DNA of 56,903 nucleotides from a virus (lineage: Duplodnaviria > Caudoviricetes), in IMG/VR virus record IMGVR_UViG_3300035670_000254, positions 1 through 56,903 of that record; one strand, written 5' to 3'. Position numbers and translations under genes: made by a program. Below are positions 9,611-20,529 of this stretch, one piece after another. The notes below the pieces were generated by a model. That model worked only from the letters and a program-made list of their open reading frames with translations. It made no database searches and had not been told where the DNA came from. Every line of letters starts with the position of its first letter. Within the stretch, counting starts at the first letter, position 1.

Positions 9611-10024
9611 ATGGCCAGGCCTTCATTTCGTGATCAATTTGACGCAGCTACCCTGAAAGCTATGCAGGCGGTGTCACGCGAAGCGAAGGCCCGTCTTATG
9701 GGCTTCGTTGGTGCCGTTGTCGACGATACTCCTGTGCTGAACGGCTACCTGAAAGGTAGCTGGCAGATTGTTAAAACCGGGGCAGAGTTTATCGAGGGCC
9801 TCCCTCCCGATCCTTCAAGTCAAGCTACTAAGGCCCGGCTCATCCAGAAGATTAAATATCTTCCCATCCACATGGACTGGCAAATTCTGTTTGGTACGCC
9901 TGTGCCTTACGCGCACAAAGTCGAATATGAAGGCTGGTCAAAACAAGCGCCTTCGGGTATGGTGCGCAAGAATATAGTTCTGGGCGGTGAGCGCTTCAAA
10001 GGCATCTACATAGGAGAATTTTGA
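9611..10024 (+). CDS. Tail completion protein (HK97 gp10-like)
   Basis: TPVLNGYLKGSWQ, PYAHKVEYEGWSKQAPSGMVR. Confidence 0.75.
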   Translation: MARPSFRDQFDAATLKAMQAVSREAKARLMGFVGAVVDDTPVLNGYLKGSWQIVKTGAEFIEGLPPDPSSQATKARLIQKIKYLPIHMDWQILFGTPVPYAHKVEYEGWSKQAPSGMVRKNIVLGGERFKGIYIGEF

Positions 10025-10473
10025 TGGCTTTTGAATGGGTGAAAGATACAGTACAAGGATTTATCGCTGCTGGGTTAGGTGAGTTCGCTAAGGACACCAC
10101 TTGGAAAAATTTGCCGTTTGACCCGGCAGGACGTAAATTGTGGTTAAAGATCATCTATGTTCCCGTCACTGAAGATGCTGCGACGCTTGGTGTAAACGGC
10201 GAGAATGAACTCAAAGGATTCGTTCAAATCGGTGTTTACCAACAAGCTGGTACCGGCACTATGGAAAGTGATGAAGCATTAGACAAGATCAACGCGCTGT
10301 TAGCTATCCCTCAGCGTTTGAACGCTCCTGTTGGTTGTTTGCTCCGGCTGACATCCAAAACAAGCGGGCAAGGTGGCCAGACGTCAACTGCTGATACTTC
10401 AGCCGGAGGTACTGAAGGCTTATGGGATGCAAATTATGTCACCGTTTACTGGCTCGCACGTGAGCCGAGATAA
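10021..10473 (+). CDS. Tail terminator protein
   Basis: Position before tail tube; GFVQIGVY...GTG motif. Confidence 0.6.
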   Translation: MMAFEWVKDTVQGFIAAGLGEFAKDTTWKNLPFDPAGRKLWLKIIYVPVTEDAATLGVNGENELKGFVQIGVYQQAGTGTMESDEALDKINALLAIPQRLNAPVGCLLRLTSKTSGQGGQTSTADTSAGGTEGLWDANYVTVYWLAREPR

Positions 10474-10485
10474 GAGGATACAGCA

Positions 10486-11664
10486 ATGGCAGAAGGTTCA
10501 CGTTATGCCAGCTATTTCGCACCTGAGGCTTCGAGCGGCGTTACCCCATCTGCCGCAGCATTTAAAGTCTTTCGTGCGACTAAGTCTGGTTTGGATATCA
10601 GCATCGCAGCGCTTCAGTCCGAAGAAATTCGTAATGACGCTGAAGTAGCTGATTTTCGCCTGGGTGCGCGCCACGTAGAAGGTACTGCTTCGGCTGAGCT
10701 TTCCTACGGCACGTTTGACGACCTGATCGCAGCGGCGCTTCGTGGCAAGTGGGTCAACGATGTTGTTATGGGCGGTACTGAGCGACCGAGCTTCACTTTC
10801 ATCGATTATAACGCAGATATTCAAGATCTTCCGTATACCGTTTATCGCGGTTGCGAAATTAACTCTATGAGTTTAAAGATCTCTGCGTCTGCAATGGTGA
10901 CCGTTGAGTTTGGTATCGTAGGTCGTTCGATGGAACAGCTGGCGGAAAAACCTGCTGACTGGACTATCGGTGATCGTACCCTTACCAGCCCGATGGACGG
11001 TTTCTCCGGTGGTCTGTCAGCTAACGGTGTGAAGAACAACGTTATCACTGAACTGTCGATCGATGTTAACAACGGCATCGAGCCGCGCTTCGTGGTTGGT
11101 TCGAAGTATTCAATTCGCCCAGGTGCTAAGCGTCGCAACGTAACTGGTTCAATGACTGCGTACTTCGAAGACAACTCACTTCGTCTGGCTTACCTGAACG
11201 AACTGCCTCAGGCGATCGTTATGACGCTCTCTGATGGTGCGTCGGGTAATACTTACGAAATCACCCTGCCGCGCGTCAAGCTGACTGAAGCTCCGCGTCC
11301 GGTCGACGGTGAAGGCGATATCATGCAGAACATTTCTTATCGTGCTCTGCTGGACGGTACCGCCGCGACGTCTATCAAAATCACTCGCAAAGTGGTCGTA
11401 CCTGATGCCGAAGGCGTAATCGTAACACCGGCCTTTGTGCCTAACGTTGCTCCGGGTGCCAAACAGCAGTTCAGCGCGAATGTGCTGGGTACTACTGCGC
11501 AGGGTGTTACCTGGTCCGTCGACCCACCTGCTAACGGTACTATTACCGCGGGTGGCCTGTTTACCGCAGCAGCCGCTGACGCAACGGGCAAAACGACGAT
11601 CAAAGCAACTTCGAGCAAAACTAACACCGAAGTTGGTACCGCTCGAATCGATAGCATCGGCTAA
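10486..11664 (+). CDS. Major tail tube protein with C-terminal Ig-like domain
   Basis: SEEIR...DFRLG, YRGCEINSM, VTGSMTAYFED; C-terminal QFSANV...VTWSV...GTITAGGLFTA. Confidence 0.85.
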   Translation: MAEGSRYASYFAPEASSGVTPSAAAFKVFRATKSGLDISIAALQSEEIRNDAEVADFRLGARHVEGTASAELSYGTFDDLIAAALRGKWVNDVVMGGTERPSFTFIDYNADIQDLPYTVYRGCEINSMSLKISASAMVTVEFGIVGRSMEQLAEKPADWTIGDRTLTSPMDGFSGGLSANGVKNNVITELSIDVNNGIEPRFVVGSKYSIRPGAKRRNVTGSMTAYFEDNSLRLAYLNELPQAIVMTLSDGASGNTYEITLPRVKLTEAPRPVDGEGDIMQNISYRALLDGTAATSIKITRKVVVPDAEGVIVTPAFVPNVAPGAKQQFSANVLGTTAQGVTWSVDPPANGTITAGGLFTAAAADATGKTTIKATSSKTNTEVGTARIDSIG

Positions 11665-11670
11665 TCAACA

Positions 11671-11699
11671 AAGGCTCCTAACGGGGCCTTTTCTTTTTC
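11671..11699 (+). terminator. Rho-independent terminator after tail tube gene
   Basis: AAGGCTCC-TAAC-GGGGCCTT plus T-rich tail. Confidence 0.75.
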
Positions 11700-11751
11700 C
11701 TTCCTCCCTGCTATAGTCTGCTCGATCCCCAAACATTAACGGAGCATTACG

Positions 11752-12129
11752 ATGGGCAGTTTCAAAAAATATAATACCGTTCGTGACTTTGAAGAAGCAA
11801 TTATCGAAATTCCGGTGATCTATCCGGGCATCGGTGACACAGGCGAAATTATCAAAATTCGTAGTCGTTACAGCCGCGAGTTCCGTGAGGCATCGGCCAA
11901 AGCTGAACGTCAAATTTCCACCATGATGGTTGCCAATAAAGGCGAAATGCCGTCTGAAGATGTTTTGCAAGAGATCGAAAACGCTCAGTTCACAGCCCTT
12001 ATCGCCGAGTGGTCTTTTGACGAAGATCTGACCGCTGAAAACGTCGCGGAATTTATGAAAGCCAACCCGCAAATCCGCGATGAGATCAACCGTAAAGCCG
12101 CGCAGGACTCCCTTTTTTTAAACAAGTAA
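11752..12129 (+). CDS. Tail assembly chaperone (gpG-like)
   Basis: Between tail tube and TMP; ends at slippery TTTTTTA. Confidence 0.75.
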   Translation: MGSFKKYNTVRDFEEAIIEIPVIYPGIGDTGEIIKIRSRYSREFREASAKAERQISTMMVANKGEMPSEDVLQEIENAQFTALIAEWSFDEDLTAENVAEFMKANPQIRDEINRKAAQDSLFLNK

Positions 12130-12494
12130 GGGACGAAACAATTGAATATGCCTTGCTTCACTGGAAGATGGTTATTCCTCCCATTGGTAGCAAGGCATCT
12201 TTAGTTGATCAATTAAAGCACGTCCGTAAAGTAACTGGTAAAACCCCCGCCCAATTAGCTGAATACGAGAAGAAGAAATTACCTCGTGAAACCAGCTACG
12301 TGTACCTTTATTTCCAAGACTTTTACAACGGCGATCAGTTTAGTTATACTGAGCTTCAATCGTGGCAGCAGTTCATGGGCTTTCAACTCGCTTATTGGGA
12401 AGCTGAACTGATACGTCAATTGTGTCTTGAACGCCTTGCCTTCGACTACAAACGTCAACAAGAATTCGTCCAAAATGAGAAGGGTAAGAAATAA
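12114..12494 (+). CDS. Tail assembly chaperone frameshift extension (gpT-like)
   Basis: -1 frame is open from the T TTT TTA heptamer (12114-12120) to 12494. Confidence 0.7.
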   Translation, partial: FFKQVRDETIEYALLHWKMVIPPIGSKASLVDQLKHVRKVTGKTPAQLAEYEKKKLPRETSYVYLYFQDFYNGDQFSYTELQSWQQFMGFQLAYWEAELIRQLCLERLAFDYKRQQEFVQNEKGKK

Positions 12495-15400
12495 TGGCCG
12501 ATTCAGATATTCTGATAAGGGTAAGAACGGACGGTATAGCGGGCGCCGAAACGGCGCTTAATCGTTTGAGGGATGTAGGCGTTCGAACTGAGCTTGTCAC
12601 TGACAGCATGGCGCGAGCCTTTGAACGAAATAACCGCGCAGTACAAGCCAACCAAGTTGCGTTTCGTGCCATGCAAGGTATTGGCATTGTTTCCTTCCTT
12701 GGCGGTATGGCTGGCGCGGTTGCTATGCTTAATGACCAGTATACCAACCTTACTAACAAACTCATCAACGCAAACACAGCGAACGAACGTTTAGTTGATG
12801 TTCAGCAACGTGTCTTTGATATCGCGCAACGTTCACGCACCAGCTTAGAATCTACCGCTACGCTGTACGCCCGAATGGAGCGCTCGCTTAGCCAGTACGG
12901 GGCAACGGCCCAGCAAGTAGCGCGCGTTACTGAAACAGTCAGCAAAGCAATGATTGTTTCTGGTGCGACAACGGCTGAAGCCAACGCTGCGATCATACAG
13001 CTTTCCCAGGGCTTACAGTCTGGTACGTTGCGTGGCGATGAATTTAGATCTGTAATGGAACAGGCTCCGCGTCTTGCGAAAGCAATGGCGGATAGCTTGG
13101 GCGTAACCACAGGTGAACTTCGTGCCTTGTCAATGCAGGGTAAGCTCACCGCTGACGTAGTCGCTGGCGCTATTTACCGGGCTTCTGAAGTGATTGACAA
13201 GGAGTTCAACAATACTGTAGCTACGTTTGGTCAGAAGTTACAGATGGCGCAGAACAACCTGATTCGATTTGCAGGCACGAGCGAATCTGTATCCGGTACA
13301 ACGTCAGCGCTTGGCGATGGTATCCTCTTACTTTCTAACAACTTGGACGTGGTAGCAACAGCAGTCGGTGTTCTTGCTACGGCGTTCACAGGTCGTTTGA
13401 TCACGGCACTCGCAGCCAGCGCTGCCGCTTCTGTGCGTAATACGTTAGCCCAGCAGCAGGAGACACTAGCGGCCCGCGCGCTAACCAGCGCAAGGGTGCA
13501 GGATGCGGCGGCAGCGTATCAACAAGCGCAAGCTGCCCTGGCAACTGCCGCCGCGGAGCGTACTGCTATTCAGGCCGCTTTAGCTGCTAATCAACAGTAT
13601 TACAAAGGCATTGCAACGACCAACGCTTACATTCAGAACACGAGACTGGTAAGAACTGCAACTGCTGAAGTCGCTGTAGCGCAGACTGCCCTTAGTACCG
13701 CACTCAATGTGGCTACCACTCAAGCTCGTGTGGCCGCTGTAGCTATGACTGCTTTACGGACCACAATGGGTCTGCTAGGCGGTCCTGCTGGTATCATTAT
13801 GCTCGCGGTTGGTGCTCTGTATATGTGGAACCAGTCGCAAGAGCAAGCGGTGCAAAATGCGCGAGCCCTTGCAACAGACACTGACACTTTACGTGATCGC
13901 TTAGCCAAGTTAACGACAGAGCAGCAAAAAGCGCTTCAGGTTGAACTACAACGTGCGCAAGTCAAACTCGTTGACCAGTTACGCGAAGAACAGAATGAAC
14001 TCAATGAACTTCAAAACCGGTTATATAATGCTAACCAGGCAATGAAGAACTCAACTGAAGGCTCGTGGGCTTACAAAGACGCGCAGCAGGCAGTTAAAGA
14101 GATCACTGACGATATTACTGTTAAGACTGGCGATCTGTCAACTACACAGACTCAGCTTTCTAACACTCGCTCTAACCTTAAAACTGTCACAGACAATCTG
14201 GCAGAAGGTGAGCGTGGTTTACGCGCAGCGGTGCAAGAAACCAATGCCGCAATGAACCTGGCAACTAAAGCGGCGACTCAACGTTCAGATGATTTAACGA
14301 AAGCGTTACAGGCTCAACAGTCTGAAGCAGATGTTGCAACTCTGAAGTTGAATGGTAACGCTCGGGCTGCTTCTGTACTCGCTGACGTTCAAAGTCGTAT
14401 GCCTAAGGTATATGCGCAGAACAAGGCATTTATTGATGACTTAATTGCAGGTCATAGTGGATTAACGACCGTTATGACCAATGAGCAATTGGGCATTAAA
14501 GAGTTCATTGATCAGGCAGGTAAAGCCTACGACGCGCAGGAAAAACTGCGTCAGAATAAAAAGGATGATGCACAGAGCAAGCGTGACGCGGCTGCCGCAG
14601 TTCGCTATCAAGAGCAGTGGGATAAAGCCTACGAGCGAACTGAAGCGCGTGGGGCAACTGCTATTGACCGTTTGCGCATACAACAAGATGCCGAGGTGCG
14701 GGCTATACAGAACAAGGCGGAGCGGGCGGGCGCTACGCAGGAGCAACTTGGCGCAGCATTACGGGCTATTGATGAGAAATATGCTCGCGAACGTCAAAAG
14801 GTAGCCGATGAATATAACCCGGCGTCTAAGATTGCCACGAACTATCGTGAAGCGCTAGAAACTATTTCACAGCTTCAACGCGCTGGTTTACTGGACGATG
14901 AACAAACTAACCAGGCTAAGCTGCGGGCTGAAGCGACTTACCTTCAAGAGCGTATGCGCTTAGTTCAAGAACAAGCGGTCAGCGAACGTGATCAGCTTCG
15001 CGGCGAGTATGACCCTGTCATTGCAGCGCAAAATCAATACGCCGAAGAGTTAGCCCTTCTCACTGAAGCGCACGACCAGAAGCTAATGGAAGATAACCGC
15101 TTCTACGAACTGCGTCATGCTGCTTATACTCGCTTTTTACAAGAGCAAGGTGTTGCGCAGAATCAGGAAGTGCTTAGCTTTTTAGCTTCAACTAGTACAA
15201 TGGCAGATAGCATGGCCACAGTATTGGCAAGCATGGGTGCTAAGAACTCTGCTGCTTACAAAGCAATGTTTGCGCTGTCAAAGAGTTTTGCAATCGCAGA
15301 AGCGACTATCAAATTGACTCAAGCGACTGTGCAAGCAATGGCAGACCCGACAGCTATTACCCCGATGCAGAAGTTTGCTAACTATGCTGCTGTAGCTGCC

Positions 15401-15754
15401 GCAGGTGCATCTTTGATTAGTCAGATCACTAGCGCAACTATGACAGGTATGGCACATGATGGTATTACCGAGATACCTAAAGAAGGTACGTGGTTGCTTC
15501 AGAAAGGTGAACGTGTTCTGTCAGCACAACAGAACGCAGACTTTACTAACTTTATGCGCAACGGCGGTTCTGGTAATACTCCAACAGTGTCAGGCGGTAA
15601 CGTGACGCAATATATCACCGTTTCGGGTGCGGGTGATCAAGCTCTGGCTGATGCGGTCCAACGAGCTACTGCCGACGGCGCGGAACAGGGTTATAATCGC
15701 GTTCTCGTTGACGTCACTAACCGTGGCAATGTTAGCCGTAAAATTGGGAGATAA
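12494..15754 (+). CDS. Tape measure protein
   Basis: 1086 aa, Ala/Gln-rich; QLSQGLQSGTLRGDEFRSVME tape-measure domain; GMAHDG...EGTWLLQKGERV C-terminus. Confidence 0.92.
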   Translation: MADSDILIRVRTDGIAGAETALNRLRDVGVRTELVTDSMARAFERNNRAVQANQVAFRAMQGIGIVSFLGGMAGAVAMLNDQYTNLTNKLINANTANERLVDVQQRVFDIAQRSRTSLESTATLYARMERSLSQYGATAQQVARVTETVSKAMIVSGATTAEANAAIIQLSQGLQSGTLRGDEFRSVMEQAPRLAKAMADSLGVTTGELRALSMQGKLTADVVAGAIYRASEVIDKEFNNTVATFGQKLQMAQNNLIRFAGTSESVSGTTSALGDGILLLSNNLDVVATAVGVLATAFTGRLITALAASAAASVRNTLAQQQETLAARALTSARVQDAAAAYQQAQAALATAAAERTAIQAALAANQQYYKGIATTNAYIQNTRLVRTATAEVAVAQTALSTALNVATTQARVAAVAMTALRTTMGLLGGPAGIIMLAVGALYMWNQSQEQAVQNARALATDTDTLRDRLAKLTTEQQKALQVELQRAQVKLVDQLREEQNELNELQNRLYNANQAMKNSTEGSWAYKDAQQAVKEITDDITVKTGDLSTTQTQLSNTRSNLKTVTDNLAEGERGLRAAVQETNAAMNLATKAATQRSDDLTKALQAQQSEADVATLKLNGNARAASVLADVQSRMPKVYAQNKAFIDDLIAGHSGLTTVMTNEQLGIKEFIDQAGKAYDAQEKLRQNKKDDAQSKRDAAAAVRYQEQWDKAYERTEARGATAIDRLRIQQDAEVRAIQNKAERAGATQEQLGAALRAIDEKYARERQKVADEYNPASKIATNYREALETISQLQRAGLLDDEQTNQAKLRAEATYLQERMRLVQEQAVSERDQLRGEYDPVIAAQNQYAEELALLTEAHDQKLMEDNRFYELRHAAYTRFLQEQGVAQNQEVLSFLASTSTMADSMATVLASMGAKNSAAYKAMFALSKSFAIAEATIKLTQATVQAMADPTAITPMQKFANYAAVAAAGASLISQITSATMTGMAHDGITEIPKEGTWLLQKGERVLSAQQNADFTNFMRNGGSGNTPTVSGGNVTQYITVSGAGDQALADAVQRATADGAEQGYNRVLVDVTNRGNVSRKIGR

Positions 15755-15756
15755 TA

Positions 15757-16347
15757 ATGGCACTATTGATATGGCCGAGCGGAATATTACCGTCTAGCTT
15801 TGATTGGTCGCTAAAGTCAAACGGCTCGAGCTTTACCAGTCCTTGGACAGGGCAGACTCAAACCGTTCGCTATCCAGGGTCTGCTTGGCAGGCCCAATTA
15901 ACACTTTCCAACTTAGACGATTATGAGTCTCGTGAAGTAGAGGCTCTTATTTTTGAGCTGGACGGTTTAGCAGGTCGCATTAAGCTCTGGGATTTTGGTC
16001 GCTTTCCTGGTGCAGTAAAAGGTACGCCACGTATTGCCGGCGCGGGCCAAACAGGCTCACAGATTGTGACGGACGGCTGGACACCATCGACCAAAGTTTT
16101 ATCGCGCGGTGATTATATTACCGTTAATGATGAAATGAAAATGGTGCTTGCAGACGTTACAAGTAGCTCTACGGGCGCGGCAACTGTGCGCATAGCGCCG
16201 CAGCTTCGCAACAGCCCCGCAGATAACGCTGCAATTATTGTTGACAGACCTTATGCGATCTTTCGACTTGAAAAGGGTGAGAATGGTGTAAAACGTTCTC
16301 CGGCATTTAATAACGACTTTACTTTGAACTTTGTAGAGGTGTTCTGA
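15757..16347 (+). CDS. Distal tail protein
   Basis: Directly after TMP; FTSPWTGQTQ motif. Confidence 0.65.
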   Translation: MALLIWPSGILPSSFDWSLKSNGSSFTSPWTGQTQTVRYPGSAWQAQLTLSNLDDYESREVEALIFELDGLAGRIKLWDFGRFPGAVKGTPRIAGAGQTGSQIVTDGWTPSTKVLSRGDYITVNDEMKMVLADVTSSSTGAATVRIAPQLRNSPADNAAIIVDRPYAIFRLEKGENGVKRSPAFNNDFTLNFVEVF

Positions 16348-16934
16348 TGCTAGTAAATCCCTTTTCACTTAACGTTGCACAAGGTATGATGGATGAATCT
16401 GTCAACCTTATCTTAGCTGCTGAAATACTTTTCGACAGTGGCCCGACGCGAGTGCATACCGGTACTGGTAATGTGGTCATAGAAGGTAATAACTACGTTG
16501 GCGTGGGCTTCCTCGGTAAAGTTGACGCAGTGCGCGAACAGAATAACACCAGCGCAACTCAACTTAACTTAACACTTGGTGGCTTAGATACGTCAATGAT
16601 TGCCACTATCCTGAATGAAAACTGCGTAGGCCGCCGAGCTTCCATGTTTGTGGGTGTACTCAACGACAACTTCATACTTAATGATTATGATGTTGTTTTT
16701 CGCGGTAAGATCAGAAATACTGCTATCCTTACAGGTGAACAGGGCGCAGTAAACATAACTGTATCAAACGTGTTTGAAGAATGGGCACGCGCGAAAGCCT
16801 GGCGCTTCACTGACGAATCACAGCAACAACTTAATGGCGGCGATCGCATTTTCAGATACGTTTCGCAGATGGCCGAATACTCAATTTATTGGGGTTCGAA
16901 AAAGGATGCACCGCCTTTCAGGTATGTACCATGA
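16347..16934 (+). CDS. Minor tail/hub protein (gpL-like)
   Basis: YVGVGFLG, RFTDESQQ...GDRIF, IYWG. Confidence 0.65.
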   Translation: MLVNPFSLNVAQGMMDESVNLILAAEILFDSGPTRVHTGTGNVVIEGNNYVGVGFLGKVDAVREQNNTSATQLNLTLGGLDTSMIATILNENCVGRRASMFVGVLNDNFILNDYDVVFRGKIRNTAILTGEQGAVNITVSNVFEEWARAKAWRFTDESQQQLNGGDRIFRYVSQMAEYSIYWGSKKDAPPFRYVP

Positions 16935-17338
16935 AAAAACTAAACTGGCAAACTGATTTTCTGAAGTTAGTAGAAGAAAGAAAAGATACCCCTTTTGAAT
17001 GGGGTGTTAACGATTGCGTAATGTTCGCAGCAGACGCCGTTATTGTAATGGGCAATGAAGACCCGGCCAAAGCGTCACGTGGGAAGTACAAGACTGAAGC
17101 AGGTGCGAAACGTCACCTTGCATCGGCCTATGGTGATCTCTACAAAGCGTGGGACGGTAAACTTGAAAAAATTGAAAATGTCAACTTTGTTCAAAACGGT
17201 GATGTTGTTCTGTTTGATGGTGAGTTGGGCCTTACTAGTGCTATCTATTGGATGGGTGGTGTCTTCGTTCCTACTATGGACGGAGTAAGGTTTGCTGATG
17301 AACAGCATCATAAAATTTTAGCGGCGTGGAGGGTATAA
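16931..17338 (+). CDS. NlpC/P60-like tail tip protein (gpK-like)
   Basis: PFEWGVNDCVMFAAD, GDVVL, AWRV. Confidence 0.7.
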   Translation: MKKLNWQTDFLKLVEERKDTPFEWGVNDCVMFAADAVIVMGNEDPAKASRGKYKTEAGAKRHLASAYGDLYKAWDGKLEKIENVNFVQNGDVVLFDGELGLTSAIYWMGGVFVPTMDGVRFADEQHHKILAAWRV

Positions 17339-17339
17339 G

Positions 17340-20300
17340 ATGCCAGCAGCGGTCATAGTTGCAGCGGTAGCAATGGGTGCGGCTGGCGCAGCAGCGGCAG
17401 GTATTATCACAGCGACAGTGGCGATGGTAATTACTGTCGCTGCTACCGTTGCCGCTTCGCTTCTGATCAAACCAGCAATACCCTCCATCGGGGCCTACAC
17501 CTCTCAGCAGGAGCGCAAGCAAACGCTAAGGAGTGCCACAGCGCCCATGAACTTCATTTACGGGGCCACAGTGGTTTCCGGCTTGCTGTTCTTTGCTGAA
17601 GAGCAGAGCACAGGCGACGACATTAAAGAATGGGTCCATTTAGGCATTGCTATAGCGGGTCACCCGATTGATCGAGTAGGTCGTATTTGGCTCGGTGATG
17701 AGCTGTTAGGCGAATATGGTGACCTGGCTCGTTACGAGATTCATAACAACCGGTCAACGGTAGACCCGTTTATGAAAGCTAATTGTCGTTCATGGAAAGA
17801 CGACATGATTGGCAAGGGTATTACCTGGGCCCGCATATCCCTTAAGTTTGACGGTGATAAATTCCCGGCCGGTTTACCTAACGTCAAATTTGAGATTTTT
17901 GGTAAGAAAGTATACGACCCGCGAAACGGAACAACAGCATGGAGCGATAATGCCGCTCTCTGTATCTTGGATTTTTATCGCAGCTATTTAAAAGTACCTG
18001 ATAGCGATATTAACATGGAACAGTTTATACAAGCTGCCAACATTTGCGATCAGACTCTTAATGACGGCGGTGGGGTTCGCAAACGTTATACGCTGAACGG
18101 TACTTTTGATGCCTCCGAAACTCAAGCAGGTATTCTTGATGATATGCACTTAGCATGTGCCGGTGAACCAACCTTTATGGCTGGTAAACACGGTATTTTA
18201 GCGGGTGCTTATTATGGCCCCGCTACAATGGAAATTCGCCCGGGCCAGATTATTTCTAGCGTTAAGATTGTACCTGAAGCAGCTTATAACGATAAACTCA
18301 ACATCGTTACAGGTACTTTCCTGGACGCTAAGCAGCAATACAGCGAAGTTGATTATCCTGCGGTTAAAGTTCAGAAGTATATCGACGAAGATGGTGGCGA
18401 ATATACTTCAGACTTAAAACTTCGCTTCGTTGCTAACGAGTTTCAAGCCCAGCAGCTTGCGCAAATTAAAATGAACCGTACTCGTATTGGTCGAACCATT
18501 ACCTTTACGATGAACATGAGCGGCTATCAATACCGCCCGGGCTATTACGTGCGCTTGTACTTACCGCAACTTGGTATCAACGGGCAAGAGTTTAGAATCA
18601 CTGAATGGGCAATGTCAGCTGAAAACGGTGTTGACATTACTCTGAAGCAAGAAACAGCCGATGTGTGGAACGATGCGGTCGGTAAACCTATCGAGCGCCC
18701 AGAGATAACCGATTTCCCGAAAGCCACTGTAGCAATGCCAGTGAACCTGAAATACGATGTTCAAGAAATTGGGCAAGTCGTTCAGGGCGTTCTGTCTTGG
18801 GGTAACATTGGCGACATTGCCTACAATACTGTGGTTATCAGACGAGCAGGTAAAGTTATCCAGACTATTCAAGTACCTGGTCAAAGCGTTAACATTACAG
18901 GCCTTATTCGCGGTAGCTATCAGATGGGTGTTATGGCTGTCAACCGTTTCGGCCAACGTTCTGCTGAAGCTATGATTGTTGTTGAAATCAGGGCGCCGAG
19001 TAAACCTACTGGCTGCGACGTTACTCAAGAATTTTTTGCTGTAACACTACGCCCGCGTTCTCCAGACATTTTTACTGTATCCACACAATATGACTTCTGG
19101 ACTAGTTACGAACAGCGCTTACCTAATGCTGAACACGATACAGTCGTAACTAACGCGACACGTTTCACTATGGGTATGCAAGCGACGTCGAGCAACTTAC
19201 AGAACGATCATACTTACTGGTGGTATATCAGGGCAATTAACGCATTCGGTTATTCTGACTTCTTAGAAGTTGAAGTCTTGTGTTACACAGATATCACGGA
19301 GCTTATGCCTCAGATTGACGAGGCTATCAGAGATTCTGATGCTATGAAAAACGTGATAAATGGTGTTGATACTAACCTTGAAGGTATTCTACAAAACGCA
19401 TTAGCGAATAATGGTACAGTAGAACGTCAATTCCAGCAACTGGGTGAAGTAAATGCTGAGATCTTAACAGTTAGAACAACAATTGCCACGGTAGACAGTG
19501 CTCTTGCTCAGCTTACTACTAGTGTCAAGTCTCAGTTTGATGGAGTTAATTCTCAAATTCTTGAACAACAAACAGCTATTAGTGATAACAAGAACGCTAT
19601 CGCTTCGCTCAATACGTATGTTCAGGCTCAGTTTGGAGACGTGACAGCAGCGATTAACCAGAAGCTAGACGCTGAGGTGACAAACAACGGTACTGGGAAA
19701 GCATCATACACCCTGAACCTTGGTGTTATTCGCAATGGTGTGAAGTATAATACCGGCTTTGGAATGTCCATTGAGCCATCTGGCGGGTCCTACAAATCCA
19801 CAATAGTTTTTGCTGCTGACCAATTCGGCATTTACTCTGGGAGTGATCCTGGGAATTATCAAGCTGCTTTCTTCGTCTATAATGGTCAGGTGTTTATGAA
19901 CGAAGCCTTTATCCGTGATGGGAGTATCACTAATGCCAAAATCGGTAATTACATTCAGTCAAATAATTATGTGGCAGGAGCATCAGGTTGGCTCATCAAT
20001 AAGGCAGGTAATGCTGAGTTTAACCAGGTCACTGTAAGAGGAACGGTATATGCATCGGCAGGTTCATTTACCGGCGACGTCTACGCAAACAATGGGCGTT
20101 TCTCTGGTGTTGTAGAGGCTAAAAGCTTTATTGGTGATGTAGCCAATATGAACGTCTGGCCGGATGTGGTGCGTAGTAGTCCGGGCACAACAACGCTGAA
20201 GATGGGGTACACGGATTCATCAACATCAAACCTCGTGAAAAAGGTCATGGTTATGTGTGTGGCGGATTATGGCGGCAGGTTAACTATCAATATAAACGGG

Positions 20301-20468
20301 TCTGAAAAGACGTATGTCCTTTCTGGGGCGGCGTGTTCGGTAATGCATACGGCAGAAGTTAGCACGCCGACCGTTAATGCTTCTATCACCATATCTTCTG
20401 ACGGCACAGGCGGCAGGGCTTCATCTCCCACAATGATAATTGCCCGCGGAACCGGCAGATTCTATTAA
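17340..20468 (+). CDS. Central tail fibre/host-specificity protein (gpJ-like)
   Basis: YDPRNGTTAWSDNAALC, FN3-like region, C-terminal FFVYNGQVFMNEAFIRDGSITNAKIGNYIQS. Confidence 0.9.
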   Translation: MPAAVIVAAVAMGAAGAAAAGIITATVAMVITVAATVAASLLIKPAIPSIGAYTSQQERKQTLRSATAPMNFIYGATVVSGLLFFAEEQSTGDDIKEWVHLGIAIAGHPIDRVGRIWLGDELLGEYGDLARYEIHNNRSTVDPFMKANCRSWKDDMIGKGITWARISLKFDGDKFPAGLPNVKFEIFGKKVYDPRNGTTAWSDNAALCILDFYRSYLKVPDSDINMEQFIQAANICDQTLNDGGGVRKRYTLNGTFDASETQAGILDDMHLACAGEPTFMAGKHGILAGAYYGPATMEIRPGQIISSVKIVPEAAYNDKLNIVTGTFLDAKQQYSEVDYPAVKVQKYIDEDGGEYTSDLKLRFVANEFQAQQLAQIKMNRTRIGRTITFTMNMSGYQYRPGYYVRLYLPQLGINGQEFRITEWAMSAENGVDITLKQETADVWNDAVGKPIERPEITDFPKATVAMPVNLKYDVQEIGQVVQGVLSWGNIGDIAYNTVVIRRAGKVIQTIQVPGQSVNITGLIRGSYQMGVMAVNRFGQRSAEAMIVVEIRAPSKPTGCDVTQEFFAVTLRPRSPDIFTVSTQYDFWTSYEQRLPNAEHDTVVTNATRFTMGMQATSSNLQNDHTYWWYIRAINAFGYSDFLEVEVLCYTDITELMPQIDEAIRDSDAMKNVINGVDTNLEGILQNALANNGTVERQFQQLGEVNAEILTVRTTIATVDSALAQLTTSVKSQFDGVNSQILEQQTAISDNKNAIASLNTYVQAQFGDVTAAINQKLDAEVTNNGTGKASYTLNLGVIRNGVKYNTGFGMSIEPSGGSYKSTIVFAADQFGIYSGSDPGNYQAAFFVYNGQVFMNEAFIRDGSITNAKIGNYIQSNNYVAGASGWLINKAGNAEFNQVTVRGTVYASAGSFTGDVYANNGRFSGVVEAKSFIGDVANMNVWPDVVRSSPGTTTLKMGYTDSSTSNLVKKVMVMCVADYGGRLTININGSEKTYVLSGAACSVMHTAEVSTPTVNASITISSDGTGGRASSPTMIIARGTGRFY

Positions 20469-20486
20469 CACCTCACCTTTATAAAC

Positions 20487-20510
20487 AACCTCGCTCTGGC
20501 GGGGTTCTTA
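20487..20510 (+). terminator. Probable terminator/hairpin between J and side fibre
   Basis: AACCTCGC-TCTG-GCGGGGTT. Confidence 0.5.
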
Positions 20511-20529
20511 TTGCCCATAAGGAGCGCAT

